Shown: one piece after another, positions 1 through 9,611 of the stretch
How the letters are laid out: every line of letters starts with the position of its first letter
How positions within the stretch are numbered: the stretch's first letter is position 1
Translations under genes and position numbers: made by a program
DNA from: an uncultured delta proteobacterium
GTDB lineage: Bacteria; Desulfobacterota; Binatia; UBA9968
Assembly: GCA_963816145.1 (NCBI GenBank)
Contig: CAWFJP010000014.1
Location: 288,001-352,000, forward strand
Direction of reading: 5' to 3'
Length of the DNA: 64,000 bases
Notes under the pieces: generated by a model
What the model saw: the letters and a program-made list of their open reading frames with translations, nothing else
Database searches by the model: none
Told to the model about the DNA's origin: nothing

Positions 1-445
1 CCTGCCCCAGCTGCGCCATCTCGGCGTCGACCCATTCGCCGAGACTCTGACCGGCGAGTATCTGTTCAGTTTCACCCGCGCCTCGGCGCGGCGCATTCGC
101 GACCTCTTGCTCGATCAGCAAATCGTGGCCGGTCTCGGCAATATCTACGCCAATGAAGTGCTGGCGAGGGTGCGGCTCAAGCCGACGACCCGGGCCTGGC
201 GGCTGACGCGCAAGCAAGTGGGCATGCTCGCCGTGGCGATTCCCGAATTGCTCCACGATGCGATCCAATGGTGTGGCACGTCGTTTTCAGACTATCGCGA
301 CGCCGACGACAAGTCGGGCGAGTTTCAAAATCATCTGCGCGTCTACGACCGCGACGGCGAACCCTGCCGCGTCTGCCCGAGCACCGTTAAGCGGGTCGCC
401 ATCGGCAATCGCAGCGCGTTTTATTGTCCGACATGTCAGAAATAA
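1..445 (+). CDS. mutM: Formamidopyrimidine-DNA glycosylase, C-terminal part (5' end outside window)
   Basis: LLDQxxVAGLGNIYANE H2TH motif and C-terminal zinc finger CRVC...CPTCQ. Confidence 0.93.
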   Translation, partial: LPQLRHLGVDPFAETLTGEYLFSFTRASARRIRDLLLDQQIVAGLGNIYANEVLARVRLKPTTRAWRLTRKQVGMLAVAIPELLHDAIQWCGTSFSDYRDADDKSGEFQNHLRVYDRDGEPCRVCPSTVKRVAIGNRSAFYCPTCQK

Positions 446-453
446 GCGAAGAG

Positions 454-492
454 GTTCCAATCGTTCAAAACGTTCAAGCCGTTCAAAACGTT
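454..492. repeat. 9-bp tandem repeat (GTTCAANNC x4), same family as 38461-38555
   Basis: GTTCCAATC GTTCAAAAC GTTCAAGCC GTTCAAAAC, intergenic. Confidence 0.8.
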
Positions 493-524
493 TCGAATGA
501 TGATTCACAATAACGACAGATTTC

Positions 525-1742
525 ATGCTGCTCTCACCGTTACGACATCGCAACTTTCGTTTGTTTTGGATCGGCCTGTTGCTCTCCAGCGTCGGCAGCC
601 AGTTCACCACCGTGGCGATGGCGTGGCAGATCTATGAGCTAACCAACTCGCCGCTGCAAATCGGCTTGATCGGCCTGGTGCGCGCGGTGCCGCAGGTGGC
701 GATGCTTTTGTTCGGCGGCTTGCTCGCCGACGCCATGGACCGGCGCAGGCTGATGATGGCGACGCAATCTAGCCTGTTTCTGGTTTCCGGAACTCTCGCC
801 TTTCTCACCAAGACCGGGAATGTTACCCCGCTGACGCTCTACGGGGTTACCGTGTTTCTGGCGTTATTTACTTCGCTTGAGGCGCCGTCGCGCCATGCCA
901 TCGTTACCAACCTGGTGCCCGCCGAAGACTTGGCGCGGGCGACGGCAATCTCCAGCACGCAACGCCAGGTCGCCACCATCGCCGGCCCATCGATCGCCGG
1001 GGTGGTCTTGGCCGTCGCCGGCCCGGCAGTCTGCTACGCCATCGATGCGATTTCCTGGATCATCATGCTCAGCGTGCTGCTGCTGATTCGCGCCGAGCTG
1101 CCGCAACGCGGCGGCTGGCGCACGGTCTCGCTGAGCGCTCTTGGCATGGGTTTGCGTTTCGTCTGGGGGCACGCTGTGATTTTCCCGTTCTTGATGATGG
1201 ATCTAGGCGCCAATATTTTCGGCACGGTGCGCGCGCTCTATCCGATCTACGCCCGCGATATTCTCGCCGTCGGTCCGCAAGGCTTGGGCATGCTCTACGC
1301 AGCCAGTGCCGCTGGCGCTCTCAGTGGCGCGATCGGGTTGAGTTTATTCGGCCAAATCAAGCACGCCGGGCGCTGGATTCTCTTCGGCGTGACGGTCTAC
1401 GGAGTGTGTCTTCTCGGGTTCGCTTATTCAAAATGGTTCTGGTTGTCGATTCTGTTTCTGGCAGGCTCAGGCATCGGCGACGCCGTCAGCGCGATCTTGC
1501 GCGCGACGATCAACCAGTTGAGCACGCCCGATGAACTACGCGGCCGCATGTCGTCGATCAACAGCATCTTCACCAACACCGGCCCGCAGTTGGGCCAATT
1601 CCAAGCCGGCGCCCTGGCGGCCGTCATCGGTGCCGAAATGGCGGCGGGAGCGGGCGCGATCATTATTCTGGTGATTGTCGCAGTGCTCGTCGTCGGCTTT
1701 CGGCATGTGCGCGATTATCGAATCGTGCGGGGAGATGGGTAG
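525..1742 (+). CDS. MFS transporter (EntS/H+ antiporter-like)
   Basis: 405 aa, multiple hydrophobic segments, N-terminal PLRHRNFRLFW and GGLLADAMDRRRL motif A. Confidence 0.88.
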   Translation: MLLSPLRHRNFRLFWIGLLLSSVGSQFTTVAMAWQIYELTNSPLQIGLIGLVRAVPQVAMLLFGGLLADAMDRRRLMMATQSSLFLVSGTLAFLTKTGNVTPLTLYGVTVFLALFTSLEAPSRHAIVTNLVPAEDLARATAISSTQRQVATIAGPSIAGVVLAVAGPAVCYAIDAISWIIMLSVLLLIRAELPQRGGWRTVSLSALGMGLRFVWGHAVIFPFLMMDLGANIFGTVRALYPIYARDILAVGPQGLGMLYAASAAGALSGAIGLSLFGQIKHAGRWILFGVTVYGVCLLGFAYSKWFWLSILFLAGSGIGDAVSAILRATINQLSTPDELRGRMSSINSIFTNTGPQLGQFQAGALAAVIGAEMAAGAGAIIILVIVAVLVVGFRHVRDYRIVRGDG

Positions 1743-1999
1743 TAGCGTGCATTGCGAGGTTCAACGAGTATTGCAGGATGTGGTGCGAACGAGCGAAAAT
1801 ATTACTGCTATCCGTGGCGGAATGGTTAGCCTTGTATTGCGTTTACTGGTTTACGTCGAGTTGCAGAACGATCCGCGCTTTAATGAGCGGAAGGTCGGAA
1901 TGCGATCATGAATCTTTTGTCGGCGAATGACCTCGCGGTTTACATAAGAATCAAGCTGATCCCTGTGAGGGATCGTGGCTAATGCCACGGATAGGCGGG

Positions 2000-2992
2000 C
2001 TAACCGCGGAAATGCGGAATCACGTTTTTTGCAAACACCTCAACGGTTTCGTTGTAAACGGTGCGCGCCGGGGTGAGCATCAAATGTTCAACGCCGGCGG
2101 CTTTTAGCTTTTCGATCCGCTCGATGCACTCCTGCGGGTTGCCGGCGATGGAGAAGCGATGAATTAGATAGTCGTTGACCAAGTCCGGGTCGACGCGCTC
2201 TTCCATCGGCTTCATAACATCAAAACCGGCCATGAACCTTTTGATGCCGTCTAATTCTTCCGCTGGCACGGTGTCGTAGCTAAAGCGAAAATTATGGTGG
2301 GCGCGGTTGGCTAACCGGTTGCGCACTATCTTGCGCGCTTTGTTGCCGTCGTCGTCGACGCACAGCATGCCGGCGGCGAGGACCTTGATTTCGCGTTCCT
2401 GTCGACCCGCTTCGGCGGCGCCTTCGCGGATTTTCTGTTGGGCCCAATCGTAGACGCGCAAGTCGAAGCCGGTGCCGAGGATCACGCCATCGGCGCTGCG
2501 GCCGGCGAGCTGCAATCCCTTGGGGCCTTCGGCGGACACGTAGATTGGCGCCGGCCGATTGATCTTAAAACCGATGCCGATTTTGCCGGTCGAAAAGGTT
2601 TCTGCGTTGCCGCGTACCAGATTTCGAATCGTCTTGATGCCGACTTCAAAGTCTTTCATCGGCGTGGCTTTCCGTCCTTGGCTATACACCGGGCCATCGC
2701 CGGTGCCGAGCCCAATGATGGCGCGGCCTTTGGAAATTTCGTTCAACGACGCGGCGGCGCCGGCGATAACCGTAGGATCGCGAAAGACAATATTGGTAAC
2801 CGCGATGCCGAGCAGCACGCACTTGGTGATCATCGCGATGCTCGCCAGGGTCTGAAACGAATCGATGGAGCTCAGATGGCTCTCCCCGAGAAAGATGCCG
2901 TCCCAACCGAGCGCTTCGGCGCGCACCGCGCGCTTGTGGATCTCGTCGATATTCTTAACGCCGCCGTGAAGGCTGTGAATGCTGAATTTCAT
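2000..2992 (-). CDS. LLM-class flavin-dependent oxidoreductase
   Basis: AEALGWDGIFLGESH, GRAIIGLGTGD, ADGVIL luciferase-like motifs. Confidence 0.85.
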   Translation of the reverse strand: MKFSIHSLHGGVKNIDEIHKRAVRAEALGWDGIFLGESHLSSIDSFQTLASIAMITKCVLLGIAVTNIVFRDPTVIAGAAASLNEISKGRAIIGLGTGDGPVYSQGRKATPMKDFEVGIKTIRNLVRGNAETFSTGKIGIGFKINRPAPIYVSAEGPKGLQLAGRSADGVILGTGFDLRVYDWAQQKIREGAAEAGRQEREIKVLAAGMLCVDDDGNKARKIVRNRLANRAHHNFRFSYDTVPAEELDGIKRFMAGFDVMKPMEERVDPDLVNDYLIHRFSIAGNPQECIERIEKLKAAGVEHLMLTPARTVYNETVEVFAKNVIPHFRG

Positions 2993-3055
2993 GTCGGTCC
3001 CCTCGGAAAATTAACCACAATGAGCACAAAGGTCACAATCTTTGAAACGTTCGTC

Positions 3056-3314
3056 TCACCACGACGAATCTAGCGCGGCAGAGCCGCAACCAAAGAAGAA
3101 TAAAAGAGATTTCACCACAGAAACACAGAGTTCGCAGAGTTCGGAAGGTATTTTATTCAGAGACTCTTTACTCCGCGTCCTTCGCGTCTCTGCGGTGAGT
3201 CCTCCGGAACATTTGCGCAAGCCGCGAAAACTATCATGGATAGTAGTACGAAGATCACGAAGTTCGGAATTCAAATAGTCCGAAACCTTCGTGTCCTTCG
3301 TGCCTTCGTGGTGA
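3056..3314. repeat. Nested palindromic mini-elements (CACCACGAAG-type element carrying two inner inverted-repeat units)
   Basis: Outer arms TCACCACGA / CTTCGTGGTGA; inner TCACCACAGA...TCTGCGGTGA (3112-3198); uninterrupted relative at 58997-59064. Confidence 0.7.
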
Positions 3315-3349
3315 ACAAAACCGGTTCAATAGTGGCGGCACGCTCGACA

Positions 3350-4165
3350 TTACGGATTAAATGCCACCAGGCCGCAGCCCGTCGCCCACGGCGCCACCGG
3401 TTCGTAGGCGATCACTTCTGCTTTCCAACGCTGCACCGCGCCGGCCAGGGCGATCCAGGTTCTGATCTCGTGGCCGCCGGAGCCGGCTTCGCTGTTGATT
3501 TCATCGTGGGTGTAGGCGGTCAATTGATGATGATCGCCGGTGATGAGATTGTCCAGGAACTTTTTGTCGAACGGTATATTGATCCGGCCATGCTGCGCTT
3601 CGCCGGGCCAGTGGGACAAGCCGCCGGTGGCGATGAGAGCGATGCGTTTTTCGCTGCGTTGTAACACCTGCCCAAGGAATTCGCCGAAGGCGAAGCAGCG
3701 CTTGGCTGTCGGCATCGGCGGAGTCAGCGTGTTGATGATCACCGGCACCACCGGCAGCGCCATGCCGGGATTCAAAAAATGCAGCGGTAGAAACGTCGCG
3801 TGGTCGAACAATAGTTCGTCGGAAAACATCGGGTCGAAGCCGCTGCCGAGGCAGGCGTCGATCAACTCCGTAGACAACTTAACATCGCCGCCTACCCGCG
3901 CCTTGGGGATGCGCAGCCATTCTTCGATGGGGCCGTCATAATATTCCGCACGGCCGATGCAAAAGGCTGGCATGCAATTCAAAAAGAAGTTGGCCCAGTG
4001 CTCGACGGTGAGGGCGACGATGGTATCCGGTTTCGTTGCGGCCAGCCGTTTGCCCAGCTCGCGGTAGCTGCCGAGAAATTTCTCGGATTGTTCCTTAGGC
4101 GCGGCTTCGGTCCAGGCGGTCATGCCAGGGGCATGGCTGGCGGCGCAGGCAAATACGATCGGCAT
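3350..4165 (-). CDS. Extradiol ring-cleavage dioxygenase, LigB-type catalytic subunit
   Basis: ASHAPG, EHWANFF, LFDHA, ATGGLSHWP, HEIRTW motifs. Confidence 0.9.
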   Translation of the reverse strand: MPIVFACAASHAPGMTAWTEAAPKEQSEKFLGSYRELGKRLAATKPDTIVALTVEHWANFFLNCMPAFCIGRAEYYDGPIEEWLRIPKARVGGDVKLSTELIDACLGSGFDPMFSDELLFDHATFLPLHFLNPGMALPVVPVIINTLTPPMPTAKRCFAFGEFLGQVLQRSEKRIALIATGGLSHWPGEAQHGRINIPFDKKFLDNLITGDHHQLTAYTHDEINSEAGSGGHEIRTWIALAGAVQRWKAEVIAYEPVAPWATGCGLVAFNP

Positions 4166-4168
4166 GGG

Positions 4169-4423
4169 TTAGACCAGTCCTTTCAGCACTTTGGCATAGT
4201 CTTCATTGGAGACCCTGTTGAGCAAGGTAAACGGCCGCAGCAAGAGCGAGTGAACGCCCATGGTATAAAGGGCGCGCACGTCGACATTGAGTATCGCCGC
4301 GCGTTCGTCTTCGGTCAGGTCGTACTTCTTGGTGAACGCGCCGGCGTCCTGGCGGTAATGTTCACGCCGCTCGGCATCGCGATTAACGTGATAGATCAGT
4401 TTTTGCAGTTGATAGAGGCTCAT
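4169..4423 (-). CDS. LigA-like dioxygenase small subunit
   Basis: 84 aa, YDLTEDERAAI...DVRALYTMGVHSLLL; adjacent to LigB-like gene. Confidence 0.85.
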   Translation of the reverse strand: MSLYQLQKLIYHVNRDAERREHYRQDAGAFTKKYDLTEDERAAILNVDVRALYTMGVHSLLLRPFTLLNRVSNEDYAKVLKGLV

Positions 4424-4428
4424 GGCGG

Positions 4429-5529
4429 CTAATCCAGTTTCTCATGCAGCCAGGCGACAACGGTCTTCAAGATATTGGGAATCGCCCCCATATGGCCGCC
4501 GGGGAAGAGCCGGATGGTTTTGGGTGTGCCATGTTCGAGCAATAAGTAAAAATCCTCCAGTGGGACCTGCTTGTCTTCTTTGCCGTTGACGATGAGCAAC
4601 GGCGCGCAGGGCTGGTCGAGCAGGCCGCGATCTTTGAGCGACAGGGCCGGCATGACGGCGCATAGCTCGTCGAAGGTTTTCTTGCCGAACAAATTGGCGC
4701 GCGCTTCGATCAGATCGAACAGATAGGAGTCGGCATGGCGCGAGCGTTCTTGCCACTCGGGCTGAAAGAAATAATGAATGCCGCCGCCCCAGTTGACCGC
4801 GGCGCGCAATTTGTCCGGCGCCAAGTGGGCGAGCTTGGTCGACCAATGGCCACCGAAGCTGGCGCCGACGACGGCGATCTTGTTGGGGTCGACCTCGGGC
4901 CGGTTGAGCAAATACTCGAGCACGGCCAAGTGCACTTGATGGGCCTCCGGTCCGGCGAGCATCGGGCATTCGCCGGTGCCCGGGCTGTCGATAATGAAAC
5001 AGCCCCAGCCTTCCTTGACGAAGTTCTCGCCGAAGGAGTGGCGTTCTTCTTTCCAGTTGTCGATGCCGCCCCAGTGCATGATCATCGGCGCCGGCAGCTG
5101 CTTGGGCAGGCGCAGATGGCCAATAATCGCTTTGTCGGCTTTGTCTTGGAAGGGGATGGCAACTCGCTCCACCGGGATGTCGAAATATTTCGACGCGGCG
5201 AGAAACATCTCGCGGGTCTTGCGGTAGCCATGATGTTTCCCCGGCGTACTCGGGAAGGGATGGCGGGCGATGCCGTAGTAGCCGTAGGATTTCAAAAAGG
5301 CCGTTTTGGCCGCCGTCACGTTGCCGGCCTGCTCAGCCGCCTTCGCTTGGTCTTCCCATTTGGCGCCAAGCTCGTTCCACGCTGCCGCCCAAGTCTCGCC
5401 TTCGAAATCGGCCATTCTCGCCAGCGCCTGTTCCGACTCGGACTTGTCGGCCTGGAGAAATGGCGCGCGGTGGCCGACCCGTTCGCGAATATCATTCTTT
5501 ACTTCGTCGACAGTTCTCGGTTCACTCAT
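4429..5529 (-). CDS. Alpha/beta hydrolase (2,6-dihydroxypseudooxynicotine hydrolase/FrsA-like)
   Basis: GGIDNWKEE, DSPGTGE, nucleophile elbow GASFGG, C-terminal GGH. Confidence 0.8.
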   Translation of the reverse strand: MSEPRTVDEVKNDIRERVGHRAPFLQADKSESEQALARMADFEGETWAAAWNELGAKWEDQAKAAEQAGNVTAAKTAFLKSYGYYGIARHPFPSTPGKHHGYRKTREMFLAASKYFDIPVERVAIPFQDKADKAIIGHLRLPKQLPAPMIMHWGGIDNWKEERHSFGENFVKEGWGCFIIDSPGTGECPMLAGPEAHQVHLAVLEYLLNRPEVDPNKIAVVGASFGGHWSTKLAHLAPDKLRAAVNWGGGIHYFFQPEWQERSRHADSYLFDLIEARANLFGKKTFDELCAVMPALSLKDRGLLDQPCAPLLIVNGKEDKQVPLEDFYLLLEHGTPKTIRLFPGGHMGAIPNILKTVVAWLHEKLD

Positions 5530-5775
5530 AAGCGACTTCCTTAATTGAATCAGTCCTATCTAATGCGCAAATAGGGCTTAGGTCAATCGCTGCGAGCTAT
5601 CCGGTTCAGGCAAATTCCTCCGTCAGGCGATAACTTGGTTTCCGTATTTCTAAGCGAAATACGCCGGTCTTGCTGTTGACCTTTCCAATTCTCCATGTCA
5701 TCCAAATGTTTCAAATAGTCCTTTACTGATGGTTTCATTTCGATATAGTTTCCGCAGAAAACGCGGGGTCAATTC

Positions 5776-6636
5776 ATGGCGACTATCATCGACGGCAAAG
5801 CCGTCGCCAAAGAAGTTCAGAAACAAATCAAGGCAGAAGTTGAGGGATTGGAGCGACGCTGGAGCATGGCGCCCGGGTTGGCGGTGGTGCTGGTGGGCGA
5901 CGACCCGGCTTCGCATATCTATATTCGCAATAAGGAAAAGGCCTGCAAGGATGTCGGCATCAAATCCTTCGAGCATTTCCTCCCCGCAACGGTGTCCGAA
6001 AGAGACCTACTGGCGTTGGTGCATCAGCTCAACAAAGACAAGCACGTGCATGGTATCCTAGTACAATTGCCGCTGCCGCCGCATATTCATTCGGAACGAA
6101 TCCTCGACGCGATCTCGCCCTATAAGGATGTCGACGGTTTTCATCCGGTCAATCAAGGCAAATTATTGGTTGGCGCGGACGGATTCCGGCCCTGTACGCC
6201 GTTGGGCGTGATGAAGCTGTTGGAAGCGGCGGGCTGCGATCCCAAAGGAAAAAACGCGGTGGTGGTCGGCCGCAGCAACATCGTTGGCAAACCTGTCGCG
6301 CTCATGTTGCTCGAAAAGCACGCTACCGTGACGATCTGCCATTCGCGTACCGCCAGTTTGCGCGATGAAGTAGCCCGAGGCGACATTGTGGTGGTCGCCA
6401 TCGGCAAGGCCGGCATTGTGCGCGGCGAATGGATCAAGCCCGGCGCGGTGGTGATCGATGTCGGCATCAATCGGTTGCCAACCGGCAAGCTCTGCGGCGA
6501 CATCGAGTTCGACGTCGCCAAGGAGCGCGCGGCGGCGATTACCCCGGTGCCCGGCGGCGTCGGACCGATGACGATTTCAATGTTGCTCTTCAATACCTTG
6601 AAGGCCGCAAAAGACTCGCTGCAGCGTGAACGCTAA
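5776..6636 (+). CDS. folD: Methylenetetrahydrofolate dehydrogenase/cyclohydrolase
   Basis: [44 protein letters not shown]. Confidence 0.97.
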   Translation: MATIIDGKAVAKEVQKQIKAEVEGLERRWSMAPGLAVVLVGDDPASHIYIRNKEKACKDVGIKSFEHFLPATVSERDLLALVHQLNKDKHVHGILVQLPLPPHIHSERILDAISPYKDVDGFHPVNQGKLLVGADGFRPCTPLGVMKLLEAAGCDPKGKNAVVVGRSNIVGKPVALMLLEKHATVTICHSRTASLRDEVARGDIVVVAIGKAGIVRGEWIKPGAVVIDVGINRLPTGKLCGDIEFDVAKERAAAITPVPGGVGPMTISMLLFNTLKAAKDSLQRER

Positions 6637-6657
6637 AATGATTTGTCGGCTGGACTG

Positions 6658-7755
6658 ATGGCGGTCGGTGTGGCGCTAAAAAGAACCCCGCTCTACGCCG
6701 CGCACCGGCGGGCCGGTGCGAAGATGGTCGAGTTCGCCGGCTGGGAAATGCCGGTACAGTATTGCGGCGTCATCGACGAGCATCTGGCGGTGCGCGGTAA
6801 AGCCGGCCTGTTCGATGTCAGCCATATGGGCGAGATCGAGGTGCGCGGCGCCGGCGCTCTGGAATTTTGCCAGCGGCTCACCGCTAATGATGTGGCGCGC
6901 TTGCAATTGTTCCAGGCGCAGTACAGCTTCTTGCTCAACGAGCAGGGTGGCGTGATCGACGACGTGATTATTTATCGGGTCAAGCCCGAGGCTTATTTCA
7001 TCTGCGTCAATGCCTCGAACATCGACAAAGATTTCGCCTGGCTGGCGGGTCATGCCGACGCGGCTGTCGAGGTCGAAAATCAAAGCGCGATGTATGCGCA
7101 GTTGGCGCTCCAGGGGCCGGCGGCGGAAGCGATCCTCCAGCCACTGACGGCGCAAGCATTGTCGGCGATCAAATCGTTTCAATTCCAATTTGCCGATGTC
7201 GCGACGATTCGCTGCATGGTGGCGCGCACCGGCTACACGGGCGAGCCGGGATTTGAGCTTTATTGCCATGGCGACGCGGCCGAGCGCTTGTGGGACACAT
7301 TGATGGCAGCGGGTGAACCGAACGGTCTGGTTGCCGTCGGACTGGGCGCGCGTGACACCCTGCGCCTCGAAAAGGCTTACCCACTCTACGGCCATGAGCT
7401 GGACGATTCGACGACGCCGTTGGAGGCGGGCTTGGAGTGGGTGCTCAAGTTGGCCAAACCGTCGTTTTTCGGCCGCGAGCGGTTGCTCGAACAAAAGCAG
7501 CATGGCGTTACGCGCAAGTTGGTTGGGCTCGAAGCGCTCGAACCGGGCATTCCACGCGGCGGCTACGGTGTGTTCAAGGACGACGCCAAGATTGGCGCGA
7601 TTACCAGCGGGACGAAATCGCCGTCGCTCGGCAAAGCGATCGCCCTGGCTTACGTCGCCAGCGGCGAGGCGCGGCTCGAAAATCGCGTCGACGTCGAAAT
7701 TCGCGGCCGGAAGATTGCGGCACAAATAGTTCCATTGCCATTTTATCGCCGTTAG
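6658..7755 (+). CDS. gcvT: Glycine cleavage T protein (aminomethyltransferase); start uncertain (6643/6658/6670)
   Basis: FAGWEMPVQY, FDVSHMGE, RTGYTGE, GLGARDTLRLE. Confidence 0.96.
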   Translation: MAVGVALKRTPLYAAHRRAGAKMVEFAGWEMPVQYCGVIDEHLAVRGKAGLFDVSHMGEIEVRGAGALEFCQRLTANDVARLQLFQAQYSFLLNEQGGVIDDVIIYRVKPEAYFICVNASNIDKDFAWLAGHADAAVEVENQSAMYAQLALQGPAAEAILQPLTAQALSAIKSFQFQFADVATIRCMVARTGYTGEPGFELYCHGDAAERLWDTLMAAGEPNGLVAVGLGARDTLRLEKAYPLYGHELDDSTTPLEAGLEWVLKLAKPSFFGRERLLEQKQHGVTRKLVGLEALEPGIPRGGYGVFKDDAKIGAITSGTKSPSLGKAIALAYVASGEARLENRVDVEIRGRKIAAQIVPLPFYRR

Positions 7756-7790
7756 CGGCGCAGCCATTAGGATCATGAAGGAGGTCATCG

Positions 7791-8252
7791 ATGGAGTTTC
7801 CTGACGGGCTAAAATATTCCAAAGAACATGAATGGGTGCTGATCGAAGGCACCAGCGCGACGATCGGTATCACCGAGTACGCTCAAGAGGAGTTGGGCGA
7901 TATTGTCTTCGTCGAACTGCCTGAAGTGGGCGAGAAAATCGTCAAGGACGATCCCTTCGGTGCGGTAGAGTCGGTGAAGGCGGTGTCCGATATCTACGCG
8001 CCGGTGAGCGGCGAGGTAATGGAGACCAACGAAATCCTGCCGGACAATCCGGAGACCATTAACGATGATCCTTACGGCGACGGCTGGATGGTGCGCGTCG
8101 AGCTGTCCGATGTCGACGATCTCAAGGATTTGATGGACGCCGACGAATACGCCGAGTATGTCGCCCAGCAAAAAGAGGACGATGACGAGGAAGAAGATGA
8201 AGACGAAGATGACGGCGAAGAAGAAGACGAGGATGAAGACGAAGACAAGTAA
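7791..8252 (+). CDS. gcvH: Glycine cleavage H protein with acidic C-terminal tail
   Basis: KYSKEHEW, lipoyl motif VESVKA, NDDPYGDGW; AGGAGG RBS. Confidence 0.96.
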   Translation: MEFPDGLKYSKEHEWVLIEGTSATIGITEYAQEELGDIVFVELPEVGEKIVKDDPFGAVESVKAVSDIYAPVSGEVMETNEILPDNPETINDDPYGDGWMVRVELSDVDDLKDLMDADEYAEYVAQQKEDDDEEEDEDEDDGEEEDEDEDEDK

Positions 8253-8261
8253 GCGCGCCTG

Positions 8262-9611
8262 ATGCGTTACACTCCACATACTAGCGCCGACAAAGAGCGC
8301 ATGCTGCGGCAAATCGGCTGCGCGTCGATCGACGATCTCACCCGTCATGTGCCGAAGTCGTTGCGCGATCGTGCCAGGATCGCGCTTGCGGACGGGTTGA
8401 CCGAGCTGGAGGTGTGCCGGCGCCTGAGCGCTTTGGCAGCGCGTAATGTTTCGGCGGTCGACTGGAGCTTTTTTCTCGGCGGCGGCATCTATAATCATTT
8501 CATTCCCAGCGCGGTGGACGCGACGATCTCACGGGCGGAGTTTTCGACCTCCTATACGCCGTATCAGCCCGAAGTGAGCCAGGGGACGCTGCAAGCGTTG
8601 TTCGAGTATCAGACGCTAATTTGCCAGCTCACCGGCATGGAGGTTTCCAACGCGGCGGTCTACGACGGCGCGTCGGCGGTCGCCGAAGCGGTTTTGATGT
8701 CGCGCCGGATTCAGCCGGCAAAAAAGCGCCGCGTGCTCATGTCGCGGGCGCTGCACCCCCAGTATCGCGCCGTGGTGGCGACGTATTTGAAAAACCTTGA
8801 AGATGTTCACCTCGAAGAGCTTTCTTTCGATGCCGCCAGCGGCACGACCGATCTTGATCAGCTCAAGGGCCGGCTCAACGATCAAACCATGTGCGTGCTA
8901 TTGGGTTATCCGAATTTTTTTGGTGTGATCGAAGAATTGGCGCCGATCCGGTCGGCATGCGATACCGTCGGCGCCCACCTGATAACGGTCACGAGCGAGC
9001 CTTTGTCCCTGGCACTGCTGAAGCCGCCGGGGGATTTCGGCGCCGATATCGCTGTCGGCGAGGGGCAGAGCTTGGGCGTGCCCATGAGTCTTGGCGGTCC
9101 CGCCTTCGGATTTTTCGCCTGCCAGAAAAAGTTCGTCAGAAATATTCCGGGGCGGTTGGTCGGTGAAACCGTTGACAGTGAAGGACGGCGCGGATTTGTC
9201 TTGACCCTCGCCACTCGCGAACAGCACATCCGGCGCGAGAAGGCGACCTCGAATATTTGCACCAGTCAGACACTGTGCGCGCTGGCCGCGACCGTGTACA
9301 TGGCACTGCTGGGCAAATCGGGATTGCGCCGTATTGCTGAAATCAATGTTGCCCGTGCTCATGATGCGCATGCTCAGATGTTGCGGCAGCAAGGATTTAG
9401 CGCGCCGTTTTCCGCGCCGTTCTTCAATGAATTCGTTCTGCAGTCGGACAACCTGGCGGAGCTTTTTGCCAAATGCGCGGTGCAAAAAATCGTCCCCGGC
9501 ATCGCTTTGGAGCGTGACTATCCCGAGCTGAAAAATGCCTTCTTGACCTGCGTCACTGAAATGAATCAGCGAGAGGAGATCGACCGCCTTGTCCGAACCA
9601 GCGCAGGATAA
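8262..9611 (+). CDS. gcvPA: Glycine dehydrogenase subunit 1
   Basis: YTPYQPEVSQG, TREQHIRREKATSNICT. Confidence 0.96.
   Translation: MRYTPHTSADKERMLRQIGCASIDDLTRHVPKSLRDRARIALADGLTELEVCRRLSALAARNVSAVDWSFFLGGGIYNHFIPSAVDATISRAEFSTSYTPYQPEVSQGTLQALFEYQTLICQLTGMEVSNAAVYDGASAVAEAVLMSRRIQPAKKRRVLMSRALHPQYRAVVATYLKNLEDVHLEELSFDAASGTTDLDQLKGRLNDQTMCVLLGYPNFFGVIEELAPIRSACDTVGAHLITVTSEPLSLALLKPPGDFGADIAVGEGQSLGVPMSLGGPAFGFFACQKKFVRNIPGRLVGETVDSEGRRGFVLTLATREQHIRREKATSNICTSQTLCALAATVYMALLGKSGLRRIAEINVARAHDAHAQMLRQQGFSAPFSAPFFNEFVLQSDNLAELFAKCAVQKIVPGIALERDYPELKNAFLTCVTEMNQREEIDRLVRTSAG

Noticed and set aside
454-492. CRISPR array (also considered for 38461-38555 and 43471-43578)
   Set aside because: The units are 7-9 bp and contiguous, with no unique spacers and no cas genes.
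5530-5775. Glycine riboswitch upstream of folD-gcv
   Set aside because: I could not recognise the glycine aptamer consensus; an Rfam scan would settle it.
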